A DNA stretch of 63,334 nt, filler included, from Reticulomyxa filosa (lineage: Eukaryota > Protista > Foraminifera), in assembly GCA_000512085.1 (NCBI GenBank). It is 13 parts of 13 records of this genome, joined end to end, with 100 filler letters (N's around TTAATTAATTAA, not from the genome) between each part and the next. Parts side by side here need not be neighbours in the genome. Positions count along the whole stretch, not along the records: positions 13,074 to 14,090 come from ASPP01038471.1; positions 14,191 to 17,587 come from ASPP01000927.1; positions 17,688 to 45,379 come from ASPP01024156.1; 10 more parts are not named here. One strand, given 5' to 3'. The translations under genes were made by a program, and so were the position numbers. Within the stretch, counting starts at the first letter, position 1. Every line of letters starts with the position of its first letter. The notes below the pieces were generated by a model. The model had not been told where the DNA came from. It did not search any database and worked only from the letters and a program-made list of their open reading frames with translations. Positions 13,074 to 25,124 of this stretch are shown here, piece by piece.

Positions 13074-14090
13074 TTTGTAGGATTGCATTATCCTTTATCG
13101 TCAATTTGATTCCAAGTTTTTTTCTTGCATTTCGAATAACTTCTCACTGTATAGAATCACTTGAATGATTTTTCTTGCATAATACACATCAATGCATGCT
13201 TAGATCAGTCTTATATCGACATTTCGATGCTTCGTGATTCTTTAATCCACAATACTTGCAAGTTTTTCTTTTGCTTGGACATTCTTTAGCAATGTGATTC
13301 AATTTGAAACAGTTTCGACATTGCTTGAAATGATGCTTGGGCCGTGATTTGTTTTTGTCAAATAAAATGACTTGTGTCATTGCATATCCAATCTGAATGT
13401 CCTTGTCTTGAAGGATCTTCATTACGTCTTCAGATTGATAATGTCACCATTACCATTGGCATTCTGTTGAATCTTTTCACCTGTTCAACTGAATATACAT
13501 ACTCTTCCAATGTCTCTTTGATCTCTTTTTCACTTTCCCGGATTTGAACATTTTTCAACAATACAATCTCGTTTAATTCAGGATTGAATATTTCTTGTTG
13601 TTTTCTTTTCTTGATCTCATCGACATAGTTTCGTAGATAAATTTGACATTTCGGTTGTCGTTTTGATTTCTTGAATTTGTTTTCGGATTTCTCATCGCTA
13701 TCTGATTCCAATTGTTTTTTATTGAATGTTTCGCATAGCTGTTGCAAGTGTTGTGCATTCACATTCACTGCAAAATGAACATATAGCGTTCTTAGATTGC
13801 CAGAGAACGTGTGAGCAATAACATCACTTGATAGTTGATGTCTGTTATTCAAGCCAATGAGCTTAATTACTGATGTTGCTGACTTAAGTTCTTTGGCTTG
13901 AATTGATGTTATAGCCAATGTTGGAGATGAAGAGCATAGGAAATTATGTCGATATCGAGATTTGAATTTACATATTTTCAAAATTGATTTCTTCATTTTC
14001 TTTTTTCATCCACTTCAGCTCGAGTAGCAACTTGCACTTGCAAAGATTGCTCATTTGTTCTTCTTTTCTTTGTATTCAAAGCATAGATAT
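13074..14090 (-). mobile_element. Degenerate non-LTR retrotransposon (LINE) ORF1/gag-like remnant
   Basis: Three zinc knuckles CRNCFKLNHIAKEC, CKYCGLKNHEASKC, CVLCKKNH, downstream of an RRM-like region. Frameshift near 13430; in-frame TGA at 13189-13191. Confidence 0.7.
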
Positions 14091-14226
14091 NNNNNNNNNN
14101 NNNNNNNNNNNNNNNNNNNNNNNNNNNNNNNNNNTTAATTAATTAANNNNNNNNNNNNNNNNNNNNNNNNNNNNNNNNNNNNNNNNNNNNAAAAAAAAAA
14201 GTAATGATATCTTTTCTCTTCTTTCT

Positions 14227-15244
14227 TTAAAAAAAAAAAATAATAATAATAATAATATATATAACCAAAGTTTGCTTAAAAGAAGGTCCAATAAATCCCA
14301 AATGTCCCGTTTCTCGACCAGCAAAATAAATATATAAAAGAAATGTGGGAAATAAACCAAGGACAGGAATTCCAGTGACTCGTCCATTTCCAATAGCAAG
14401 ACCAATAAACAAAGGTTGAATAGATAAAATATGAATCATTGCGGCAATTGAAGCCAATAACCAATCCGTGTGATGCCGGTACCGACATCTTATTTCCCAT
14501 GCAATTAATGGGCATGTAATACAAAATAAATAATCTAAGGTAGCTCCTTGGACCATCGCAACCAAATACAAAAGGTTTATTGGTAAAAATATCAAAAATG
14601 TAGTCATCAAAAATACGTATAACACAACCACTGCTATGAGCTTGTACTGATTGCCATTCCTCCCAAACCACATTATTCGTAACATGTAAAGTTCAGCAAA
14701 ATTATGAATTATCACGGCAAATGCCGCAAATCCTTTTTATTATTTATTACAAATTGTAAAAAAAAAAAAAAAAAAAGAGGATACAAACTTTTGTATTTCT
14801 ATTGTTTTTTTTTTGCAACTTAACTACTAAAACCAGGAGTTGATGGTCCAAGTTGTAAAATAAAACCAAATGACAAAGTTGCTGTATACATATTTTATTT
14901 TTTTTTCCCACGTGCATTTTTTTTAAAATATTTTTTTTTTGGAGGCACTCAAAAAAAAAAAGAGGGCATTTAACCTGCTGCGTAAATAGTGACAAGGCGA
15001 AGCCAATCTACAATGTCTGGCCTTTTGGAACGCCATCCAATGTAAATCAAGATAGACATGACAAATGTTACTGATATGAGAATAAGTACTCCACTTTCGT
15101 TTGTTGCCTTGGATTTGTCAAATTCTAGGTAAGATTCTCCATCGCTACCTTTAGTAATACACGAACTTGGGACCAAAATTTCTGAATTCATATCAAACCA
15201 ATTTGCTTCCTTTGTCAAAAACGAGGAAGCACAATTGGGACCAT
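14227..15244 (-). CDS. Multi-exon polytopic membrane protein of unknown function (3' end near gap)
   Basis: Exons MVPIVLPRFLTKEANW...VTIYAA, ATLSFGFILQLGPSTPGFS, GFAAFAVIIHNFAELY...; several hydrophobic helices. Confidence 0.5.
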
Positions 15245-15921
15245 CTTTTTTTTTTTTTGTTGTTGTTGATTCTTTTTTTTTTTGGATGACCGCTTTCTCG
15301 TAAATACAAAAAAATAAAACAAAACAAAACTAGAACGAGTATCTTCAAAAATGAGATATTTCTTATGTTCAACAGATGAAGTCATTATGTTGCTAAAATC
15401 GTACTTTTTAACTATTACAAAAAACAACAACAAAAGGAACTTTGAAAACTCACTCTAATTTGTAAATTGCTTTTCTTGAAAGGAATTCTATCATAAACAC
15501 ATTTTTTGTTTTTTGAGTGAGCTTTTAAAAAGTGATTATTCCTTACTTTGTGGTGCAGGATTTGTCAAAAAAGGGAAACAAATAATATTAATAAAGTGAT
15601 ATTTTAACTTCTTTTATTGTAAAATTACTTGACCACTCAATTTAATAGATTTATTTTTGAATAAAGACACTTGATCAAGAACACTCACTGTCTTTTATTA
15701 TGTTTCATTTTTTTTTTAAAAAAAAAACCCCGAAATGTTATTGTCTTAAAAAAAAATCTTTGCTCAACAAAGTAAAAAACTAACTATTTTGCTCAAACAT
15801 TTGGATTATTCTTGCTTTACTACATTTAAGAAAAAAAAAAACAGTATTAAACTTGTTGACAACAAGAAGTTTCTATAGAAAATTCCAAAAAAGAAATTGG
15901 TACAGACAAAGGAATATCTCA

Positions 15922-16355
15922 ATGAGTACATTGAATGGAAAAATGAATGAAAAGAATAGAATGATATATCATAAATATAATCATAAAGCAGAAGGTCATC
16001 CATATTTCTCAAGTATAGAAGAGATGTATGAGAAATGGAGACCAGAGAGAGATGGATTTAGTAAGGATATGAAAGATAAAAATAGACCAACAAGATATTT
16101 ATTTGTGGCGAATACAGTAGAATTGGATAACGCTCCGGATATAACATTATTAGAAAAGTTATTTAAAGATTGTGGACCATTATATGGTATCTACATTACA
16201 TCAGGAAAGCCCTATGCAAATGTGGCTTTTGTATTTGTTGAGGATGCCATCAAAGCGTATCGAAAATGGAATGGAGTGAAAAGTGATTTATTTGAAAATC
16301 GCAAGTTGCATATTGAATTTACAGCCCCAAAGTTTGTCACTAAAGTTTTGTAATA

Positions 16356-16409
<54 letters not shown>

Positions 16410-16612
16410 GTATACGTTTTTTTTTATGTAAATTGTCTTTGGATATTTTTTTAAAAAAAAAAAAAAATAATAAAGGATATTCGATTTGACGTGGTGCCTG
16501 ACTTTGTGACCATGACAGAAGATATTGAATTGCCAAAAGATTTGATACTTGTGAACGAGTATCTAACAAAAGAAGAAGAGAATGAAATAATAAATTGGCT
16601 AGATAACAATAA

Positions 16613-16653
<41 letters not shown>

Positions 16654-17426
16654 GAATATAAACGAATCAGATTGGATACAAAACTTTTCCAGACGAGTAA
16701 AACATTTTGGCTATGAGTTTAATTACGATACATTATTAATCGATTTTGATTCTCATTCCAAACAACGTGTGCCTGCAATCCCCGATTGCATGTTCAAATT
16801 GCTGCCTCATCACTTGGACAAACAAGACCATCTGCGTCGACAGTGCGGATTTACGTCCACTCAAATCGCGCAGCTGTCGCAATTGTCACGAGACATGGAC
16901 CAGTGCACTGTCAATGAATACACGTCGGGACAAGGGATTCGACCGCACGTGGAAAGTACAGATGCCTTCGAAGAGGTCGTTTTGTCTATCAGTCTGTTGA
17001 CCCCTGTCATTATGGATTTCCGCCATCAACAGCATAAACATATCAAAAAATCTGTCGTATTGCAGCCAAGGTTTTTTTTTTTTTTTGAACTTTATGTAAT
17101 TTATTGCATTAATTACAATACATACATACATACATACATACATACATGTATATATGAAAATGTATTTTTCTATATTGATTTAGTTTGTCCCATTGGACGT
17201 CTGCAAATCGAAACAAATTAGGTCTTTGTTGCTTTTACACGGGGAATCGCGTCATTTGTGGTCTCACGGAATTGCGCATCGCAAATACGACATTATCGGC
17301 AGGTCGCTGGTGGAGAGGACCAGACGAATTTCGCTGACATTTCGAAAGATTCGTCCAGAGGAACAACAAATGAAAATACTGCAAGAACGAACTCGTGTTG
17401 AAGTCGACAAGCAAATACAATCCAAG
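15922..17426 (+). CDS. ALKBH8: ALKBH8-like RRM + AlkB 2OG-Fe(II) dioxygenase (partial, multi-exon)
   Basis: RRM (TRYLFVAN...KPYANVAF), RRVKHFGYEFNY, QCTVNEYTSGQGIRPHVES, RSLLLLHGESRHLWSHGI, RRISLTFR. Any methyltransferase domain would lie beyond the gap. Confidence 0.75.
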
Positions 17427-17543
17427 TTTTTTTTTTTACATTTGCTATTTCTTTCTCAAAATCAACTTAAACATATTGCGTCCATTTTTTTTTTTTTTTT
17501 TTTTTGCATGTTGTTTACTGTGTTTTAACATTTGCAATTTGTA

Positions 17544-17587
<44 letters not shown>

Positions 17588-17687
17588 NNNNNNNNNNNNN
17601 NNNNNNNNNNNNNNNNNNNNNNNNNNNNNNNTTAATTAATTAANNNNNNNNNNNNNNNNNNNNNNNNNNNNNNNNNNNNNNNNNNNN

Positions 17688-18512
17688 TATTATTATTATT
17701 ATTATTATTATTATTATCATTATCACTACTACTGTTATTATTAATTGGATTAAACGTTGGAAAAGAAGCATAATACTCGTCGAATGCAAATCGATATCGG
17801 ATATCATCATACATGATCGGCCAATATCGATGGTAGTAACCGGGGGAACATCGATTTTCACCTATGGCAGGGGTCCCCGGATTTGTAACCATTTTCACGG
17901 CTCTTTTGAAATAAGGACCCCCGCAACGTACCCAGTGTCGCAATTCCCAAGTAACCCCGCTCTGCTCTTCCAACGGCTTCACAAACTCCCCGATCTTCTT
18001 CGGATCGAATGATATGTAGTCTGCTAGTGTCGTCGTGCCGCACTTGTCCGGACCTATTCCCACTATTGACGGGATTGGCGGGTAGTCCTTGCCGAATCCA
18101 TTTCTTTCTTCTTTCCATTCGTCTCCCTTCTTCTTTTTCCATTCCTTTTGCATTATTGTCAAATGGGTCCACGCTGGTAACGTCGCCGGCGTCAATGAAC
18201 TCTCCAATGTTGCTGCTGTTGAACAATCCTTTTTTTCCCCCCCCCCCCCATCACAAATATCCACTACCCACATTTTTAATAAATACAAATCAATAGTAAA
18301 TTTATTTTGGTTTTTTTTTTTAAGTTTTCATTTTTTGACAGAGGGAAGAAAAGAACAGAACCACAACTGTAGAAAAGCCTTTTTTTTTTGCTGTTGTTTA
18401 CTTGTGAGTTGGTCGTTAACCTTGCAAAATTCAGCACCAATATAAGAGACGTCAAATAAAATAAAAGCATTAGTACCACCAAGAAGAAATTGAAACTTTT
18501 CAGACTCAACAT
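17688..18512 (-). CDS. Type II membrane sulfotransferase (heparan-sulfate OST-like), 5' part
   Basis: N-terminal signal-anchor MLSLKSFNFFLVVLMLLFYL. 5'-PSB loop IVGIGPDKCGTTTL followed by WELRHW. Confidence 0.65.
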
Positions 18513-18872
18513 ACTTATATGTTTTTTCTTTTTTTTTGTTTAGGACACCGAAATGCCTTAGAACACAAAGGGGTTTGCTCTCTTCTCTCCCAAACTGTTA
18601 GAAAAATACTTTGCTGCTGAAACAGTCGTGTGCTTTCCTTCACAACGCAGGAAAGTAAACGACTCTTCAACGAAATATATGAACATTGAATACCTACACG
18701 TCAAAAACTAAATTACTATTTTAAAGCAAATGACATAGTAAAGGCAAAGCGTTCATGCAAGAAAGGCGTGAGAGTAAAAAAAAAACTTTCTGACACCCAA
18801 AATTTTTTTTTTGGATTTACTTTGCCAAAAAAATAAAATAAAATAAAATAAAATAAAAACCAAACGAAGACA

Positions 18873-20890
18873 ATGGAGACAAAAGATGTTGAAACGAATG
18901 TTCTTAGTGGACGAAATCGCTTTAAAATGGTAAAAGTCCTTGCGAACACGTTGCAAGGGAGGATTTATTTGGCACAAGACAAAGCAAACAAAAACCAATG
19001 GGTAGTAATAAAAGAAACGTGGCAAGAATTGGTAAAACAAGGAAAGTCTCGGGACGGACATAAAGTACCAGAGAATTTTGAAAGAGAAAAGAGCATACAG
19101 TTGTATCTGTCAAACTTAGCAGACCAAAACCCAGGCAATGGATCAAAACACTTCCAAACATAACAAAACAAAACAAAGGGATGAAAAAAAAAAAAAATGT
19201 TAAAAAAAAAACAATAAAATAATAATAATAACAAAAGGTTATGTGAAATGTATTGAGAGTTGGGAAGATGAAAATTGTTATTATTTGGCAATGGAATACT
19301 GCGGGGCAGGGGAACTATTTGACTTTATTCGTGACAACCACACAAAAGGAGAGTTGAGTAAAATAGTAAAAAGTGTGTCCACACAACCGCAGGAATGCCA
19401 AAAAACTCCAAACGAATGGAGCTTATGTGTACAATCCATGTTCTGCCAATTGGTCGACACTGTTTCGTGGATGCATTCACACGGGGTTGTTCATTTGGAC
19501 TTAAGTCTTGAGAACACCATGCTTGCTTCTGTCGACAAAAATCAAGCCAATATTAAAATTATTGACTTTGGCGTTGCCCGCTTTTTTGAAGCCAAAGATA
19601 AGTTTAATGAAAAAGTCGGCAAGGTTGGTTACATGGCCCCAGAGGTATGTCGTTGCTATAAGTATAAAGTATTTGCATGTTTTTATTTTTATTTTTTTTT
19701 ATGTGTGTCTCTCATGTGTCGTCTCGTTTTTTTTTTTTTTTTCCTATTATCATCTTTCCCACACACACACCCCTTTTTTTTTTTCCGTGTACGTATATTT
19801 GACAACATCAGAACCACTTTTGGTGGTTTTTTTTCCACGTGTTCTGGATTTGTTCTTTATACTCCCCTTTTCCACCTTTTTCCAACATCTTTCGAAATGA
19901 ATTATACGTCATTTTGATAAAAGATTTTTTTATTATTTTTTTGTTTTTTAAAGGGAAAGTAGGAAAAAAAAAAAAAGCTTTGACTGATAGAAAAAAAAGC
20001 ATTGGCTTGGTACACTTTGACTTACAAAAAATAGGTGTATGCAAAAAAAGAATACTCACCAGAAAAAGCCGATATTTGGTGCTTGGGCGTGATGTTGTTT
20101 ATGATGTTAATTGGTGCACCTCCTTACGAATTTGCTAGCCCAACCAATCCAGCTTTTCGATTTATCATTTCCGGACGTCTACGTGATGTCTTGGCACATT
20201 GGCGAAGATTACCTTTGGTTTCAGCAGATGCTTTAAGTTATCTTTTTTTAATTATAAATTATTTTTTTTGGATAAAATGGGCGCTAAAGCGCGCATGCAT
20301 TTGTTCGCATTATTATGAATTGTTTTTACAAAAAAAAAAAAAATGTGTGTGTGAATGCGATAACCAACGAAACAAATGAAGATGTGATGGAGAGTATTTT
20401 CAAACCAGAAAGCGAAAGAATAACAATGAGCGAGCTAAGGCGACATAAATACGTGAATCTTAACAGTGAAAAAGAAAAGACGGAATCGAAAACAACACCA
20501 AGTTTATTGACGAAGAAAGAAGAAGAACAGACGAAATATTCATTATCAAAACCGAAAGTGACACAGCACTATACCAATGGAAATGCACAAACACTGACAA
20601 TTGCGAACGAAGTGATTCCAATTGTTACAACGAAGAAAGCAAAAGATATATCCCAATTGTTGCGATCTGCAGTTGGAGTCGAAAACATGCGTTCTTTGAT
20701 GACCACCATTGAAAAGAGTATCGAAGACACCAAAAAACAGTCCCAACTATCTTCTGCCACTAGCAATGAAAATCCAAAAGGAGAAGGCGTCGTTGACGAA
20801 GACAACAAAAACAATGACCAATGTCTAGATGAACTCAAGCAGTTGCTTCACGTCGTTATTAAAGCTCTTGAAATTAGCACTTCCGCGTAA
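18873..20890 (+). CDS. Ser/Thr protein kinase (CAMK-like, HLDLSLEN type), 4 exons
   Basis: VVIK, MEYCGAGELF, HLDLSLEN, IIDFG, GKVGYMAPE, ADIWCLGV. Introns 19135-19237 (GC-AG), ~19645-20034, ~20238-20381. Confidence 0.9.
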
Positions 20891-21489
20891 ACAAACAAAA
20901 AAAAGGGGGAGGGAACGAATCGGGAATGGGAGAAAAGAGAGGAGGAAAATAAACAACCAAAAAAAAAACACAAAAAGAGCAACAGCACCTTTTTGTTTGT
21001 TTTGTTTTGTTTTATTTTGTTCCTTCAAAGCAGGTTTGTTTAGTTGGTTTCATTGCTTTCCGCATTTGAAAGTTCGCCTGTGTTGTTTATAGGTGCACAA
21101 AATTTTATCATTATTATAATAACTATTTTTTTTTTATGTTTATTTTATTTTTTTTTAGTGTGTTCCATTGGTCTTGAACAAAAATAACTGTTTGGCCCAC
21201 TTTTGCAATTACAGTCTTTGATAAGTGTTTTTCGTAGTTCACTGATGGGGGTTCAAGGGTGTTTTTTGTTTTGTGCTTTTTTTTTTTGAAAAATAAAAAA
21301 TATTTTGTTTAAAAACTGAAAACAAGCTCGTGCGACCATATGTTGCTTTTCTCGCATTTCCATTCCATCTGAATAGCATTCTTCCCAACACACAACTCAA
21401 TGTTTTGCGCAAAAAATTCATATCACTTTATTCTCCTTGAACTTTTTTTTTTAAAAAGAAATCTAGTTGTAGTCCTACCACAAAAGCAA

Positions 21490-23628
21490 ATGACAGGTGA
21501 AATACAAGATTATCCTGTTGAACTACAACCAGACATGACCGAGTTGCCAGTCGAAATAGGTTTTGAGGCTGATCGCTACAAAGAAGCAGTGGACAAGGAA
21601 ATATTTGAAGAATTGTTGCATTTGGGCAAAAGACCGATATGTGTGTGTGGACGACGATTGGAGCCAGTGAAACAAGAGCACTTGAAGCATTACTGGGACA
21701 TATCGGATGCGGAATGGGGAAGTCTGTTGTGTGGGGAGTGCAATGAATTGATAAGCCATGGATCGAATGGGATGGGTACAGAAAACAACGTGCGCAGAGA
21801 GCTGTCGCTGATGACTCCAGGAAGCAAGCATGCAAGAGGATTTTCTCAGCGGTTGCAAACATTGGCAGATAAAGATTGGATTTACAGCGACACATGTCTT
21901 TGGTGTTGTCCGTCAAAGAAGATTTACCCCCATCGAAATGGGTTCTTTTTATGTGCAAGATGTTGCGTGGCACAAATGTCCAGCTATCAATGGACAAAAG
22001 AGTTTCAATCCACATGGTATCTCCTGTCGTACATGCATCATCAAATTAAGCAACAGCAACAAGACAAAGAAGAGAAAGGAGTCACTAAAAAGCCAAAGAA
22101 TATCAAGCTCTATCTTAGCAAACAATTATTTCAAGAAAGACAAAACGAATTGGCCGATATTTTGGAAATGATGGATCACAGCTGGGCAAATGTGCGAGAG
22201 GTTTTGAAATCGATATGCGGATATATAGTGACGTACGAGATTGGAGTGATTGACACGATGAACGAATCGACGAGTGGCAAGTACGTGATGGATGCATTTG
22301 CAATGACATGTTGGACAGAGATACGTTCGCGATTAGGGACCTATCACTACGAATGGAGTCTATGGACAAAGTGCTTGCAGCCTTGCTGCATACTTCTCGA
22401 CTGCTGTGAAGTGTACAATGACTGCACATGTCTTTGGGCATATATCGAGTTTTGGTTGTCCGGACACGTACACCTGCTACGTATCCCTTCTTGGCTACGT
22501 ATACTGCATATACTCATTATCGCGTTTCTATGGTATTCGAATTTCTTTGGTTATATTCATTATTTTTCTTCTTCTTCTTCTTCTTCTTCTTCTTCTTCTT
22601 CTTCTTCTTCCTCTGATTATTCTTCGTCATGGTGGTATCCATGCTACGACGTAGCTGTTTATGGAGGCATCGCATTGTGCTGGCTCGATATAGTCATCGT
22701 GACGGTGCTGCATTGGGGGGTGATTTACGATTATAAGTTGCCGTTATACTTGCAATTTATGTGCAACTACGTCGTGGACGATCAATTGAAAATGTCGTGG
22801 CTCAACGCGTTATTCGTGGAGGATTGTCTTTGGATAGGTACCCCTCCTCTGTTTCGCCAAGACGTTTTGGGAGAAGAAGAAAAAGAAGAAGAAGAAAAGA
22901 GGGAGGAAGAGGAGCGACAGCAAAGATTTGGGATCGAAATCGGAACCAGAGGGGCTAAGAGATACGTAGCCACGGAGTCATTGCGGAGATACGTATGGTT
23001 TTACTTCGCATTGATGACTCAATCGGTGTTGCTGCACACGTGCAAGCTTGTGTTGCTCAGTGTCCTCTATTGCCATCAAATGAGAGAGGTGATTGAAACA
23101 GGGGGACTCTACACTACCAACCGATGGCATGGATGGAGCTACTCCATTACTTGTGTTTTGTGTTTGTTTCTCATGTATGCTTATTTTGCTACTCGTAATG
23201 TTGTGAGATGGAAGTCGCGTTATTATTATTTTTACGTTATGGATAATAAAGTCATGTGGGGATTGGCTTGTTTTGCACTTATCTTGCACTTTGTCTTTTA
23301 TTGGAACGACGTTGTTTCCTTTGTTATGATCTTTATCCTTGGCGCTTTTTTTCTTATCATTACGCATCCTGTCTTGCTCGTTTCTTTGCAAATGTGGTGC
23401 CTCTATTTCCTCGTCTTGTGTTCCGGATGGAGATCGGCTCAAAAACTTCAGAGCACTTGCTTTGTCATCTTGGTCGTATATGGCTTTCTGCTTTGTGAAT
23501 TTGAAACCAGGAGAATCAATTGGTGCATGTCTTGGGGTACGTACAAAAATACCTATCCGTGGACGAGGGGAGGCTTTTTTATCAACGCACTACTTCGTAT
23601 TTGTTCGATGGGATGCGCACGTGCATAA
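21490..23628 (+). CDS. Orphan protein: Cys-rich N-terminal region plus multi-pass membrane region
   Basis: Long uninterrupted ORF. CVC, CGEC, WCC..H..FFLCARC motifs; many hydrophobic helices; poly-Ser from (TCT)n at ~22567-22613. Confidence 0.6.
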   Translation: MTGEIQDYPVELQPDMTELPVEIGFEADRYKEAVDKEIFEELLHLGKRPICVCGRRLEPVKQEHLKHYWDISDAEWGSLLCGECNELISHGSNGMGTENNVRRELSLMTPGSKHARGFSQRLQTLADKDWIYSDTCLWCCPSKKIYPHRNGFFLCARCCVAQMSSYQWTKEFQSTWYLLSYMHHQIKQQQQDKEEKGVTKKPKNIKLYLSKQLFQERQNELADILEMMDHSWANVREVLKSICGYIVTYEIGVIDTMNESTSGKYVMDAFAMTCWTEIRSRLGTYHYEWSLWTKCLQPCCILLDCCEVYNDCTCLWAYIEFWLSGHVHLLRIPSWLRILHILIIAFLWYSNFFGYIHYFSSSSSSSSSSSSSSSSDYSSSWWYPCYDVAVYGGIALCWLDIVIVTVLHWGVIYDYKLPLYLQFMCNYVVDDQLKMSWLNALFVEDCLWIGTPPLFRQDVLGEEEKEEEEKREEEERQQRFGIEIGTRGAKRYVATESLRRYVWFYFALMTQSVLLHTCKLVLLSVLYCHQMREVIETGGLYTTNRWHGWSYSITCVLCLFLMYAYFATRNVVRWKSRYYYFYVMDNKVMWGLACFALILHFVFYWNDVVSFVMIFILGAFFLIITHPVLLVSLQMWCLYFLVLCSGWRSAQKLQSTCFVILVVYGFLLCEFETRRINWCMSWGTYKNTYPWTRGGFFINALLRICSMGCARA

Positions 23629-24093
23629 AGGCTTTTTTTTTTTAATTATTATTATTTGTTCGTTTGTTTGAGCTTTTCCGTTGTAACTTCTTCTTTGTAT
23701 ATTTTATTCGTGCAAGCGAATATTCTTGGCTTTTTTTAAAAAGTGGTTGGATTTTTTTTTTTGTCATTGCTACAATGCTCTACTTCTTTCTAAAAAAGAA
23801 AATGTTCGTTCAGCTTAAACCTTTTCGAAAAAGGGGGGTCTTGTAAAAATACACTGTATAGTTTGTAATTGGACATGGACCCTTTTTTTGGTGCGTTATT
23901 TATAGCCCTTTACCCACTTGATATAATTTGGAACGTGATTTTGGTTGCTATTGTTGTCCTTGCTTCCGTTACCTTTTTTTTTTTCTCAGTCTTTTTTTCT
24001 TTTAAAAAAAGTCACAGCAACAACAAAAAAATATTGTTGCCAAAACTGCGTCACCAAAAAAAAAAAAAAAAAAATAGAATAAGTTTCAAACAG

Positions 24094-25124
24094 ATAATGT
24101 GCTGTTGTACGTGCCGAATGTGATTGGCTACATTCGCATTTTATTTGTCATATACGCATCATATTACATGACGACAGATCCAGACCTATTTTTGCGCATG
24201 ATTTTTTACTCAGGCAATTAAAAAAAAAAAAGAGAGGAGCAAACAAACAGAACAAACAGAAAAAATTCATCAATAAAACGAATTAAACAAAAAAAAAATT
24301 TTATTTTTTAAACTGATTTTGTTTTGATAAAAGAAAGAAAAAAAAAAAAGGGGTTTTGTGAATGAATGGGGGGGGGATGGGAAAAAAAAAAAAAAAAAAG
24401 GTTCTCTGGATTTTGTGGATGGTATAATTGCACGTGATCTGAAACAAACATCTCGATTCGGAGCCGTGTTGGATGCGATATGTGATAGTACAACACGGAC
24501 GGTATTATGGATAGCCGCGCTTTGCTACGGCCAAAGCAGGGCAGAGAGGGAGTATTTGCGGGCACTCAATGACATAACAGGCGATGCCTTAAAAACAGAT
24601 TGGGATTCATTTCGAGAGTCAATTCTGCCTTCATGGCTATTTGTCAGTGGCATCTATTGCATTACTGAAGAATGGCTTTGTGTGGTCATCAATCAAGCCA
24701 CGTCCTTTATGCATGGTATGTTCATATATTATGTAACATGTACATATGCATATATATATATATGTATATATGAATATATATGTATATTTGACGAAATAAT
24801 AATGGTATATTATATGACTACAAATCATTTATAGGGGGACATTCGAAAAAAAGACCAAGAAATGACCCTTATCTTGTGCGTAAAACGTTCGACAACGGAT
24901 TTAAAAATCCTCTTGGCTTTTTAGTTATATCTTCTCTATACGCAGTGCCATACTATTTATGTGTGTGGTATTTGGATTACTCCAGCCAATGGCTACTCCT
25001 TTTGTATTTTATCGTATTGGTCCCTGCAAGGATTCTTAGTGTTTATGTGTCGTGGTATGTCGTTTACACTTTTGTTTTGGATATTGATTTTGATGTTGAC
25101 GATGGTGCTGTACTCAAGTCTTGA
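24094..25124 (+). CDS. Phosphatidylinositol synthase-like CDP-alcohol phosphatidyltransferase
   Basis: LLYVPNVIGYIR and DFVDGIIARDLKQTSRFGAVLDAICD (CDP-alcohol phosphotransferase signature). GC-AG intron 24214-24400; first exon uncertain (possibly from 23875). Confidence 0.85.
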
